Shown here: positions 40,415 through 53,253 of the stretch, piece after piece
How the letters are laid out: each line of letters starts with the position of its first letter
Numbering within the stretch: position 1 is the stretch's first letter
Source of the DNA: Octopus sinensis
Lineage: Eukaryota
Length of the DNA stretch: 64,000 nt
Assembly: GCF_006345805.1 (NCBI RefSeq)
Contig: NC_043021.1
Span: 17,298,001 to 17,362,000 of the forward strand
Reading direction: 5' to 3'
Notes under the pieces: model-generated
Database searches by the model: none
The model's input: the letters and a program-made list of their open reading frames with translations, nothing else
Told to the model about the DNA's origin: nothing
Translations under genes and position numbers: made by a program

Positions 40415-40725
40415 GATAAGAAAATGGAGAAATACATCTAAATCAAATATCAATTACCAGATAATACTCAATCACATACTTTATTAAACCACCACATAAG
40501 AGACTGTAGGGTTAAATATAAAAAGCAGAACAAATCAGTGTACATAAAGGAATGTACATAAAAAAGTGTACATAAAAGAGTAATGTTGTATAATAAGTAG
40601 AATATATATAAAAGGGAATATAAATACAAGTAAATATAAATATAAGTATAAATTAGATCTTACAGCTGTTTCGGCCATGTCGATAATTATGTCTCATTTT
40701 ACCAATATTAGCCTTTATGGTTGGT

Positions 40726-40814
<89 letters not shown>

Positions 40815-41135
40815 TATATATATATACATATATATATATATAATAGGGCTAATATTGGTAAAATGAGACATAATTATCGACATGGCCGAAACAGCTGTAA
40901 GATCTAATTTATACTTATATTTATATTTACTTGTATTTATATTCTCTTTTATAATATTCTACTTATTATACAACATTACGCTTTTATGTACACTTTTTTA
41001 TGTACATTCCTTTATGTACACTGATTTGTTCTGCTTTTTATATTTAACCCTACAGTCTCTGGTTTAATAAAGTATGTGATTGAGTATTATCTGATAATTG
41101 ATATTTGATTTAGATGTATTTCTCCATTTTCTGAT
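40415..41135. repeat. Large inverted repeat with (TA)n spacer (~40718-40842)
   Basis: Arms of ~300 bp; each has a 3' hammerhead half ggcc-GAAAC-AGCT-GTA-agatct with no recognisable 5' core. Confidence 0.85.
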
Positions 41136-41289
41136 CTTGTATATATATATATATATATATATATAATACAAAATGGAACAAGAATGCAAATCATCCAAAT
41201 AGACGATACAAAATATTTCCTGAGCGCCTATTAATAATAATACTGTAATTGTTCCACTGTTGTTGTTTTTTTGTTTTCCCGTTTGGATT

Positions 41290-41330
<41 letters not shown>

Positions 41331-41647
41331 TATATTTATATATATGTATGTAAGTCTTTGTGTCTGTGTTTGTCCCCCACCATCGCTTGACAACTGTTGT
41401 TAGTGTGCTTACATCCCCGTAACTTAGCGGTTCAGTAATAGAGACCGATAGAATAAGTACTAGGCTTACAAAGAATAAGTTTTGTGGTCAATTTCTTTGA
41501 CTAAAAAATAGAAAAAACACTTCAAGGAGGTGCACCAGCATGGCCGCAGTCAAATGGCTGAAACAAGGAAAAGAATAAAAGTATATGTGTATGTATGTAT
41601 GTATATACATACATACATACATACATACATACAAACATACAAACATA

Positions 41648-41685
<38 letters not shown>

Positions 41686-43226
41686 TATACACATATTTTG
41701 CAATTATGCGATTTCAAGTTCAGTCCCGTTGCGCGGCACCTTAGGCAAGTGTCTTTGTGCCTTTTAATATAGCCCCGGGTAGACCAAGACCTTGTGAGGG
41801 AATTTGCAAGATAGAGAATATGTGGAACCCTGTTGCAGAAATAAATAAATAAATATATAACAAATAGATAAATATATGTGTATGCATGTGTGTGCGTGCG
41901 TGTGTGTGTGTGTGTGTGTGCGTGTGTGTATGTGTGTGTGTGTGTGTGTGTGTGTTTGTGCTTGCATACGTCTCTTTGGTTTGCTTACGTCCCTGTAACC
42001 CAACATTTCAGGAAAAGAGACCCGTAGAATATGTGCTAGAATTAAGAAGAAATAACCACACAGGGGCGATTAGCTCCACTAAATCCGCCAGGGCAGTGCA
42101 CCGGCATGGTCGCAGCTCAATGACGAAAACAACCAAAAGACAAAAATACATACATGCCTTCATACACCCCCCCAGCTACACATCCACCCATCCATCCATC
42201 CATCCATCCATCCATCCATCCATCCATTCATCTACCCATCCATCCATAATGTATATATACGCAAAGGCTTCGACACAGTTTCTGCCTACCAAATTGTAAT
42301 CAATAGGTGTTGATTAAACGGAAGCTGTTGCAGGAAAACAAATTGTCTCGTGTGTGGACTGCTGTGGGATCGAACTCGAACCAGCAGGCTTCAAAACGCT
42401 CTTCTTAACAACCATACGGTCAGACTGTGTCCTTGAATAATGCATGCGTGCCTGTATGTGTGCATGTATGGATGTCTGCTTGTTTTACACACACACACAC
42501 ACACGTATATGCATGCACACTCACACACAAACACACACACACACACACGCACACACATATCTATGTGTGTGTGTGTGTGTGTTGTTGTGTGTGTATATAT
42601 ATATATATATAATATAATAGTTATATATATATATACATATATAAATGTAAGTATGTATGTGTCTCGGTGGTGTGCGTAGGTATATGCGTGTGCGTGTGTG
42701 CAAGGGGTCGCCCCTTTCCCGATGTTAGACAGTTAAACACGCAACAATTATCCCGAAAGCGGAGTGGTGTGACAATATTAAAAATAAAAATATCTGAATG
42801 AGTTAAGAACTAATCTCATTCATTTACACACACACGTACGCCACCCCCACCCTCACGTTTCCTCTTGTAGTTTTCTTCCCGCCTTCGCACTTTTCCGTCA
42901 AATTGATTTCCGAGTAGGTAGAGCAGAAGGGGGAGAGAGAAAGAGAGAGAGAGAGAGAGAAAGGGAGGGAAGGTGGTGGTGGGAGGTAATGAACTTAAGG
43001 ACTGCTTGAATTAATTGTAAGTTATTTTGGAAATGTTGAGATTATAATCTAAGATAATAGTTCATATAACACTTACACACACACACGTACACACACACAC
43101 ACGTACACACACACACAGATACAGACATATACACATATACTGAAGCTCAAACATATATACACACTTTTATGAATATCAGTATAACAATCTCCCTATCTGT
43201 ATATATATATATATATATATAATATG

Positions 43227-43264
<38 letters not shown>

Positions 43265-43279
43265 TATAATTATACATAC

Positions 43280-43320
<41 letters not shown>

Positions 43321-43400
43321 NNNNNNNNNNNNNNNNNNNNNNNNNNNNNNNNNNNNNNNNNNNNNNNNNNNNNNNNNNNNNNNNNNNNNNNNNNNNNNNN
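43321..43400. other. Assembly gap (80 N) between (TA)n and (GAA)n tracts
   Basis: Run of n. Confidence 1.
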
Positions 43401-44437
43401 NNNNNNNNNNNNNNNNNNNNGAAGAAGAAGAGAAGAAGAAGAAGAAGAAAAGAAGAAGAAGAAAAGAAGAAGAAGAAAGAAAACGAAGAAGAAAAAGAAG
43501 AAGAAGAAGAAGAAGAAGAAGAAGAAGAAGAAGAAAATTGAAGCTGGAAAATTATGCCAGAAAATTCGTACGGTCATAGCATGTACGTGATGTATGTATG
43601 TATGTATGTATGTATGTATTATGTATGTATGTGTATGCATGTATGTATGTATGTGTGTGTGTGTGTGTGTGTGTGTATGATGTAATCTTTATATCCAACC
43701 TAACACGACAGTCTTTGTTAGAACAACGAAAACCGCCTTTATTAGCTTCGAGAAACCCTCTCTTAGAGGCGCTTGTTTCATGAATGCACCTACATAGAAT
43801 TGAAGTTAACCGATTTTATAGTATTGGCACTTTTTTAAAGGTGAATTTATGTGGTTTTAGAAAAAAAATTGATATTTTTTTTTTTTTCTATGATAAAAAT
43901 TAAGGATCTTTTCGGTTTGACCGGCAGTTTTTTGGTATAATTTCTACGTAACTAAACACTTTTAAACTTCGTATACTGGTAGAATGTGTTTATAAAACAT
44001 CTTTTTCTCTTGGCTTTATTGAGAAAAATTCTATAGTTTGTAAGCTATTTCTTGTTTATTTTCTTCAATTTCTGCAATTTCAACCAATCAATGACGTCTA
44101 TTGAGGTAAAAAAACATTCTGTGCCGTATGAAAATGTCCCTCGTTTAAGAAACAGATTGGGTTTACTTACATTTCTGAAGAAAAAAAGATACCCTTCCCC
44201 ACCCCTAACTCTAACCTTAACCCTAAAACAGATTGAAATGCAATAGATCAATACTAGGGTTTAAGAAATAATTACAGGTGATAATTTCATATGCCACCGC
44301 TAGAAAACTGCCGTTCAAACCGAAAAGATCCAAAATTTGCACTAACGGTTTATCGATAATTTCTGTTACGTTTTTTAAAGAATTGTTAACTTTTTGATTA
44401 ACGGTGCCTTACCTTTGATCTTTACTAATCGTTGTAG

Positions 44438-44537
44438 TGCTTGTCTGCGCTGGGATACCTGCATAAACGTAACATCATTCACCTCGACATCAAAGCAGAC
44501 AATATCTTCCTCACCGTCTTTGGAAACGTGAAACTCT
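44438..44537 (+). CDS. PAK/STE20-like kinase exon, subdomains VIa-VII (CLSALGYLHKRNIIHLDIKADNIFLTVFGNVKL+T)
   Basis: Acceptor ctttactaatcgttgtAG, donor GTGAGT, 100 nt, phase 0 to 1. Catalytic loop HLDIKADN is colinear with PAK1 CLQALEFLH..HRDIKSDN..VKL (recalled). Confidence 0.9.
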
Positions 44538-45461
44538 GTGAGTGATTTTCTTCACCTTTTTTTATCCGTTGTTGGTATTGTTGTCCTTTCAGGAACAGTG
44601 TACCCAGGACTACATTGTCCGTTGCGTTAATTCTTGTATAAAACGACGAATATGTGATATGCGAACCTCATGACACAAATTTCACAAAGATGAAACTCTG
44701 TGTGTGTATGTATATGTGTTGGTTGAGGCGCAATGGCCCAGTGGTTAGGGCAGCGGACTCGCGGTGATAGGATCGCGGTTTCGATTCCCAGACCGGGCGT
44801 TGTGAGTGTTATTGAGCGAAAACACTAAAGCTCCACGAAGCTCCGGCAGGGGATGGTGGTGATCCCTGCTGTACTCTTTCACCACAACTTTCCTCACTCT
44901 TACTTCCTGTTTTGTTGTACCTGTTATTTCAAAGGGCCGGCCTTGTCACTCTCTGTGTCACGCTGAATATCCCCGAGAACTACGTTAAAGGTACACGTGT
45001 CTGTGGAGTACAAACAAACAAATGTATTAGTATAGCGCTCAGGAATAGAAAATGTCTTTTACGTTTCGAGCCTACGCTCTTCCACAGAAGGATACACAGA
45101 AAAAAACAAGGAGAGAAAAAAATACGTGTAGTAGCTAATGATCTATCATGGCGTCCTGTGTATATATATGTGCGTGTGCATGTGTGTGTATACATACTCG
45201 CACATTGTCCTTGTTTTTGTATACATTCGCTACTTTCTTCCAAGGAATCTAATACTCTTAGCTTAGTTTTTCCTTGGGGCTGGCCAGATTGGAGCAATCT
45301 CAAGTATAATCAGCCGAAATTGCGAAGATAATCTGGTACTCGACTGAGGAAACAAAACTTCGAATGACCCGGCCTTGTTTTCTTTGTATCTGGATGTTTT
45401 GTTGTCCCCTTTTTGTATCACCAAACTGCCCGGATGTATTGCGTTCTTGTCCCATTTTGTA

Positions 45462-45506
<45 letters not shown>

Positions 45507-45813
45507 GTACTCGCATATATACATAAATGCATGCACTCACACACACACACACATACATGCATGTACACTCGAGAGCGTATAACCTAGTGGATAGGATGTT
45601 GCACTCACAATCGCTTGATCGTGGTTTCAATTCTTGGAGCGGGTGGCGCGTTGTGTTCCTGGCTCTTTGTTGGTTATGGCGCCAATTGTTCTAGTTGATT
45701 CGATCAACAGAACAGCTTGCTCGTGAAATTAACATGCAATTGGCTGAGTACTCCACAGACACGGACATCCTTAATGTGACACTTCATGTCACGCTTCGTA
45801 GCGATCCCCTCCA

Positions 45814-45906
45814 CACCTGACATGTGTGCCACCTGACATGTGTGCCACCTGACATGTGTGCCACCTGACATGTGTGCCACCTGACATGTGTGCCACCTGT
45901 CAGGTG
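45814..45906. repeat. 16-bp tandem repeat CACCTGACATGTGTGC x5 ending in the palindrome CACCTGTCAGGTG
   Basis: Units at 45814, 45830, 45846, 45862, 45878. Confidence 0.95.
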
Positions 45907-46128
45907 CGGAAACATGCAACGTCGATTTGACCACTAGAAATTTGATCACTAGAAATCAATGATCTGAGCAGGTCTGGTCCGGCAAAAAATTGTGTGTGTG
46001 TGTGTGTGTGCGTGTGTGTGTGTGTGTCAGTGTGTGTGTGTGTGCGTGTGTGTGTGCCAGTGCGTGTGATATGATGGTAATCTCTCGTAGTCCGAGGTGA
46101 GTTGAGCTTAAACCCTAGGCGCAGTAAG

Positions 46129-46182
46129 AGCCGCTGATGAGAATTAAGATGCCATTAAAATTCGAAATCACGTGATATGGTT
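46129..46182 (+). ncRNA. Type I hammerhead ribozyme motif, canonical core
   Basis: agccg-CTGATGA-gaatt..aattc-GAAA-TCACGTGA-T-A-tggtt: 5-bp stem I (two G.U pairs), 5-bp stem II, palindromic stem III ATCACGTGAT, AUA triplet with predicted cleavage after 46177. Confidence 0.8.
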
Positions 46183-46451
46183 ATATCTGTGACCGTAGAG
46201 AGCTTTATCCCTCTTGTCAGCTTACCAAGATAATGCTTTTGTGGCTAATAAGTCGTTTTGACTCTTATTTCTAGCAATGCTGGTAGCCTTGTACCTTCTC
46301 TCACTTTAGTAACGTCTATAAAGTTGCCTTTAGGTTTTTAAATTGCTGATAAGCCACCCACATTATATATATAAATGATGATATATATAAATTGCTGATA
46401 GCCACCCACATGTTATATTGTTATATTGTGTGTGAGGAAGTCTCTCTCTCT

Positions 46452-46490
<39 letters not shown>

Positions 46491-46562
46491 TATATATATA
46501 TATATATATAGATATATATATATCTAGAGAGAGAGAGAGGAGAGGAGAGAGAGAGAGAGAGA

Positions 46563-47058
46563 GACTTCCTCACACACATTCCAAATACAGTTCCGAAAAA
46601 CACCATACTTGCAAGCTTTGATGTCACAAACTTATACACGAACATACCACACACCCTAGGTCTGGAATCGATAAAACAATCGGTAGAAAATACAGGGAAC
46701 TCATAGATAAACGTTTCAAGACAGACTTTATCACCCAAGCCACCCAATTAATACTCGAAGAAAATACATTCTCATTCAACAACAACACATACCGACAGAT
46801 AAAGGGTACGGCTATGGGTACAAAATTCGCACCTTCATATGCCAACCTGGTGATGGGTTTCCTTGAGAATAAACTATACGATGAAATAGGGAAAGTCATT
46901 GAACACGACTTCAGAGAAGACATCAAGAAAAGGTGGAAACGCTACCTCGATGACTGCTTCATCTTTTGGAACAGATCAGAAGAAGACCTACGAACATTCC
47001 ACAACATCCTCAACACACTGCACCCATCTATCAACTTCACAATAGATACCAGCCACAA
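46563..47058 (+). mobile_element. Penelope-like retroelement reverse transcriptase fragment (Neptune-type motifs)
   Basis: ASFDVTNLYTNIPH ... YRQIKGTAMGTKFAPSYANLVMG ... WKRYLDDCFIFW ... LHPSINFT; one frameshift near 46689; bounded by (GA)n and (TA)n. Confidence 0.9.
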
Positions 47059-47104
47059 CATACATACATAATATATATATATATATATATATATATCTAT
47101 ATAT

Positions 47105-47142
<38 letters not shown>

Positions 47143-47149
47143 GTATATA

Positions 47150-47471
47150 TATGAGATGTACTCGCATAGCAAGTAATTTGATCTGAGATCGTGTGCTGAA
47201 ACGAAAACAATTGCAGCGTGAAAGGTGTTTATAAGCCATTTAGAAACACACAAAAGCCGTTCGATTCACTTCAACATTTAAGTTTAATTTGTCAAAATAT
47301 TTTCGTCGCTAAAATCCGCGACCTGTTCACTGAGATACAGCACGGATTTTTGTCAGTGAACAGGTCGCGGATTTAGCGACGAAAATATTGTGACAAATTA
47401 AACTTAAATGTTGAAGTGAATCGAACGGCTTTTGTGTGTTCTAAATGGCTTATAAACACCTTCCCGCTGCA

Positions 47472-47474
<3 letters not shown>
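47150..47474. repeat. Hairpin element of the G3-C8 family, (TA)n-flanked, directly after the PLE RT fragment
   Basis: 47210-47335 is inverted at 47345-47473; same family as 38845-39046. Confidence 0.85.
47288..47397. ncRNA. Two inverted G3-C8 hammerhead-like motifs (47288-47333 minus, 47349-47397 plus)
   Basis: Same GTGAACA core, gtcgc/gcgac stem II and GAAA. The plus copy has N17=G (predicted non-cleavable); the minus copy has a shortened stem I. Confidence 0.55.
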
Positions 47475-47544
<70 letters not shown>

Positions 47545-47614
47545 TGTATGTATATTGCCCCTCTTGGTCAGCCCTTTAACAATATTTTCTCTTCTCAATT
47601 CTCTGTCACTACAG

Positions 47615-47711
47615 ACGACTTTGGACTCTGTGTTGAACTAAAGAAGCCCTGGTGTACATCGCCATTCGTCAGAGGGACCCCAAATTGGGTTTCCCCAGAA
47701 ATCCTGCAGCG
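47615..47711 (+). CDS. PAK/STE20-like kinase exon, DFG to activation/P+1 loop ((Y)DFGLCVELKKPWCTSPFVRGTPNWVSPEILQ)
   Basis: Pyrimidine-rich acceptor ...ctctgtcactacAG, donor GTAAGT, 97 nt, phase 1 to 2; joins in frame with both neighbours. Confidence 0.92.
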
Positions 47712-47832
47712 GTAAGTCACTCTTCGACTATAATTTACTCTTAGTTATAATAAGATCTTTTATTCATAGTTTATATAGGGCTACATTACCTTATGAAAGC
47801 TTTTTCTCTTTTAATCTGTCCATAAATATATG

Positions 47833-48330
47833 CAATAATGCCTCGATTATCGCGGGTGTGACGCTCCAAAACCCCAACAATAGGTGAAAATCTACGAAGT
47901 AGAAACAGTACTGAACTGTATATTTCTTCTTATTATTTTTATAATTTGTATATATTTATTTTATTATAAATACAAAACACCACACACGCGCCTCCCGAGT
48001 TTCTTTTTCCATACAGTATGTGCGAGTCTTTGTTTACCTATCCACGGTACACTACGTATTTTCTTTTAATATATTTTAATTAAAGTGTTATACAGTGCAG
48101 TACTGTACTGTATAAATTTATAAATTTATTAATTTATTAATTTTTAGGCATGAAAATGCTTATTTTACCACAGAAATAATTAAAATCTAAAAATATAAAT
48201 ACCTCTCAGCCGTAGAAACCCGCGATATACTGAGGAGTCCGCGATATAAATTTACATATATTAGCCAGAAAAATCCACCGCGATGTACTGAGTGCGCGAT
48301 AAGTGAACCGCGATATGGCGAGGGATTTAT
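47833..48330. mobile_element. Probable pogo/Tigger-type MITE
   Basis: Imperfect TIRs cctcgattatcgcgg and ccgcgatatggcgagg; internal ccgcgat subrepeats. Confidence 0.45.
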
Positions 48331-48602
48331 ACATACATGTATATCGAAACACACATTGAGTCGAAGCATAGGCAGCTGAAGAAGGGGAATGTTCCTTGCG
48401 TTGTTTGTCTTGTACTCTGTTTTTTCGTTGTTAAAAAAGTCCGTTTCCTTGTTTTGTTTTTATGTTTTCGTTTCTCGTTGTGTTCTACGTTTATTTGTGG
48501 TGTCCTGTACCCATATATGCATGTATATATACATATGGATGTAGGTATGTACATATATGTATGTATGCATATGTTTTATTTATTAAATTGTTATATATAT
48601 AT

Positions 48603-48851
48603 ATTGTTATATTTCGGAATGGTCATTTTGCCAGTTTAGCCAATAAAAACACACGCACTATATATTTGGTGTTATTTTGCTTCAGTGTTATTTATTTTTT
48701 ACATTAACCTTAATAACAAGATTAAGAATAAGATTAAGATTAATGTAAAAAATAAAAAATAAATAACACTGAAGCAAAATAACACCAAATACATAGTGCG
48801 TGTGTTTTTATTGGCTAAACTGGCAAAATGACCATTCCGAAATATAACAAT
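48603..48851. repeat. Palindromic (TA)n-flanked element
   Basis: Arms ttgttatatttcggaatggtc.. and ..gaccattccgaaatataacaa. Confidence 0.85.
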
Positions 48852-48900
48852 TTCGTTTCAACACACGACTTCACATAAAAAATCTTGCACAACAAATATT

Positions 48901-48985
<85 letters not shown>

Positions 48986-49283
48986 GTTGAACTCAGCACA
49001 TTTTTTCTCTCTCCATTTTTTTCACTCCCTTTCCATTTTTTCCCTCTTATTCCTTTCTGTCGAAAACGCGTAGGCTCGAAACGTAATAGTCTTTTCCGTT
49101 TTTCCCAAGCATTAAACTACTACACCTGCTTGTTGTTCCTGCACCTGTCTTCGTCTTTTGGTTTCTGTAAATTTGAACTATATGCGAGCGAGTTATAAAC
49201 AGTAGCTGCAACACATCGTGACGTATATTTGCCATTTAAATATGTTTTTCTGTGCAACAATTTATATCTATCTACCTACCTAC

Positions 49284-49355
<72 letters not shown>

Positions 49356-49356
49356 T

Positions 49357-49414
<58 letters not shown>

Positions 49415-49420
49415 TGTCCG

Positions 49421-49452
<32 letters not shown>

Positions 49453-49517
49453 ATCTATCTATCTATCTATCTATCTATCTCTCTCTCTCTCTCTATATCT
49501 CTCCCTATATTCTAGCT

Positions 49518-49565
<48 letters not shown>

Positions 49566-49652
49566 TCTGTGTGTGTGTGCGTGTGTGTCTGTGTTGTGAT
49601 ATTTAAATAAGACTATTGATATTATGACATCTTATTTTCTTTTATGTTTTAG

Positions 49653-49752
49653 ACACCTCTACACAAGCAAAAGCGACATATGGAGCTTTGGTGTGACTAT
49701 TGTGGAGATGATCACCGGATATCCGCTGAATAGTACCAACTTTTCTTATGGT
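49653..49752 (+). CDS. PAK/STE20-like kinase exon, subdomain IX ((R)HLYTSKSDIWSFGVTIVEMITGYPLNSTNFSYG)
   Basis: Acceptor ttttcttttatgttttAG, donor GTATGA, 100 nt, phase 2 to 0; DIWSFG and EM..G motifs. Confidence 0.92.
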
Positions 49753-50265
49753 GTATGATGCACTTTAACTCTCTCTCTCTCTCTCATTATATATATATAT
49801 ATATATATATGGTGTGTGTGTGTGTGTGTGTGTTTGTGTGTATTTATATATATATATAAAGGTGCAGGAGTGGCTGTGTGGTAAGTAGCTTGCTTACCAA
49901 CCACATGGTTCCGAGTTCAGTCCCACTGCGTGGCACCTTGGGAAAGTGTCTTCTACTATAGCCTCGGGCCTTGTGAGTGGATTTTGTAGACGGAAACTGA
50001 AAGAAGCTCGTCGTATATATGTATATGTGTATATATATATGTGTGTGTGTGTGTATGTGTTTCTGTGTTTGTTCCCCACCACCACCACCAACATCGCTTG
50101 ACAACCGATGCCGGTGTGTTTACATGCCCGTAACTTAGTGGTTCGGCAAAACAGACCGATAGAATAAGTACAAAAAATAAGTCATGGGGTCGATTTCCTC
50201 GACTAAAGGCGGTACTCCAGCATGGCCGCAGTCAAATGACTGAAGCGAATAAAAGATTAAAAGAT

Positions 50266-50324
<59 letters not shown>

Positions 50325-51918
50325 AGAACAATCTTACTTAGAAAGGGATGCGTGCGTTCTGTCATATATATAGTAATAAATAAAAACATATGCATATATA
50401 TACATATATGTACGTACCTACCTCTACATGTATATATACACGCATATATGAGTACAGGACACCAAAAGGACGTCGAACACAATGAGAAACGAAAACATAG
50501 ACACAAACCCAAGGAACTGGACATTTTTCTTAACAAAACCGAAACGTAGAGTAGATGAAGCCATGGCGACTGAAGAGGGGTTTTTTTCCTTGTGTTATTT
50601 GTCTGTACTCTATTTTTTGTTGTTTAAGAAAAATGTCCAGTTCCTTGGTTTGTGTCTCTTGTTTTCGTTTCTCATTGTGTCCGACGTTTTTTTGGTGCCT
50701 GTACTCATATATGCGTGTATATATATACATGTAGAGGTAGGTACGTACATATATTTATATATATATACTATTGTTTATTTATTAATATTATTATATTATA
50801 TATCTATATATATATATATATTTATTTATTAAGAAATGTATACAGGTCGAAACAAATTGTTGGCATTTTAATGTTTTAATAATTGTTTCTGCTATATTAC
50901 GTTATACTAGGCGGCGAGCTGGCAGAAACGTTAGCACGCCGGGCGAAATGCTTAGCGGCATTTCGTCTGTCGTTACGTTCTGAGTTCAAATTCCGCCGAG
51001 GTCGACTTTGCCTTTCATCCTTTCGGTGTCGATAAATAAAGTACCAGTAACGCACTGGGGACGATGTAATCGACTTAATCTCTTTGTCTGTCCTTGTTTG
51101 TCCCCTCTATGTTTGGCCCCTTGTGGGCAATAAAAATTAGGTTATATTGTTTTATTCATAGTATTATTTCGTTACTTTATAAATAATTTATTTGAATGTC
51201 AATTGTATCTCTCTCTTTAATTTTATCGTTGTAATTTGAATTATACCCATATCTATATGCTAGTCAACTGACGTACCAGTGAATTGCATGCTTCACACAC
51301 CACTTTGAAGGAATTTTTCCTTAGGTAGCTTGTTTACCAACCACATGGTTCCGGGTTCAGTCCCACTGCGTGGCACCTTGGGAAAGTGTCTTCTACTATA
51401 GCCTCGGGCCGACCAAAGCCTTGTGAGTGGATTTGGTAGACAGAAACTGAAAGAAGCCCGTCGTATATATGTATATAATATATATATATGCGTGTGTCTG
51501 TGTTTGTGTCTGTGTTTGTCCTCCTAGCATTGCTTGACAACCGATGCTGTGTGTTTTATGTCCCCGTTACTTAGCGGTTCGGCAAAAAGAGAACCGATAG
51601 AATAAGTACTGGGCTTACAAAAGAATAAGTCCCGGAGTCGAGTGCTCGATTAAAGGCGGTGCTCCAGCATGGCCGCAGTCAAATGGACTGAAAACAAGTA
51701 AAAGAGTAAAAGAGTAAAAGAGTATATATAGGGACCATAATTGTCCAAAAAGTGCCGGTCGAGAATTTTATATATGTTTTCATTCATGTGCGCTAACTAT
51801 AGCATTAGAGCGGTTTAGCTCTTGTTTCTAGCATTGTAGGTGTTTTCTAGCACCCTAGTAACATCTACTGACATTTGTCATTTGTAATTCTCCTTTTTCG
51901 TAAAACATTGCAAACCGC

Positions 51919-51953
<35 letters not shown>

Positions 51954-52082
51954 TATATATATATATATATATATATATTATGTATGTATGTATGTGTGTG
52001 TGTGTGTGTGTGTGTACATATATATTATATATATATATGTGTGTGTGTGTGTGTGGGTGTGTATGTATGTATATATATATAT

Positions 52083-52634
52083 ATATGAACATCTTATAAG
52101 AAAGGGCTAAAGAAGAAATTTCTAAAGCCAATATACTGATTATCCACTTATAATCCACTTGCTACAGGGAAAATTGAACTGAAAATCGGGCAACTAACCT
52201 TTAGAAAATTTAGGCTTCATCCTATATTTGTTAGTAGTAAACTCATCACTGCTTGCTTACAGGGGACCGGTAACCATTACAATATGTAGCGGCGAAAAGT
52301 CAACAGGTTGTTCTGAGACTGACCAAGGAATTTTCATTTTTAGATATAAATGATGTACTTAAATGTAGTTATGTTTTTAGCTTCTGCTTTTTCCATAAAC
52401 GCATGTGAGTATTTTATTTATGTTCCCTCGTAAGCTCTACTGAAGAAGAATGTATCCCTTATAGGGATTAATTCCGAAATTGATTCAATATAGAGATAAC
52501 GAAATTTAAATTTTCTAACGGTTAGTTGCCCGCTTTCAGTTCAATGTTCCTGTAACAAGTGGATTATAAGTGGATAATCAGTATATTGGCTTTAGAAATT
52601 TCTTCTTTAGTCCTTTCTTATAAGATGTTCATAT
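52083..52634. mobile_element. Element with ~130-bp inverted arms around a ~300-bp core containing a canonical hammerhead
   Basis: atgaacatcttataagaaagg.. and ..cctttcttataagatgttcat; preceded by (TA)n. Confidence 0.8.
52435..52495 (+). ncRNA. Type I hammerhead ribozyme motif, canonical core
   Basis: ctcta-CTGAAGA-a-gaat-gt-atccc-ttata-gggat-ta-attc-c-GAAA-ttg-att-caa-T-A-tagag: perfect 5-bp stem I, extended stem II, 4-bp stem III, predicted cleavage after 52490. Confidence 0.8.
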
Positions 52635-52722
52635 TTCAACCGTAAAGGTTTTTTTAATATACTGCCACGCTTCCTGATGGAATCTTTTCTGTAGAGAAAT
52701 GGGCTTCATTCTATATTTGTTA

Positions 52723-52775
<53 letters not shown>

Positions 52776-52982
52776 ATATATATATGTCTTTTTCTCTTCC
52801 CTGTTGCCCGCTCTGGGATCTTTCTTTCCTCTCTCTTCCTTCTTTATGTTTCCGACGAAGAGCTCCGCTCGAAACGTCATACTCCCTGCTTCCATTTCCT
52901 GAGCGCCTATTAATAATAATACTGTAATTGTTCCATTGTTGTTGTTTTTTTGTTTCCCGTTTGATTAAAATTATATATATAT

Positions 52983-53016
<34 letters not shown>

Positions 53017-53253
53017 CATCTCTCCGTGCCGGTGTTTATTAGTAAGGTTTAAATTATTATTAATTTCCAGTTTGTCTTGCGTACAGACTTCCGTGTTTCT
53101 AATGTTTACTAAGTCTCACCGGGTAGTTCTATTGATATCTGAAAGAATGAATTTGTTTTCATGGCAACACATAGCAATTAGCTCTGATCTTGTAATAAGA
53201 AAAAAACTGACCACCTTCACCAAAACTATTCTTTCTTTTCTACTACTTTTCAG

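Noticed and set aside
44594-44700. Apparent duplicate of the catalytic exon (shares tgaaactctgtg end)
   Set aside because: Stops in all frames and no further similarity.
44723-44800. tRNA genes (Arg-like heads here and at 54535, 55266)
   Set aside because: They are SINE heads continuing into family bodies, without complete cloverleaves.
48780-48851. Hammerhead in the 48.6-48.85-kb palindrome
   Set aside because: Only ccGAAATATA is present; no acceptable 7-nt core or stem I.
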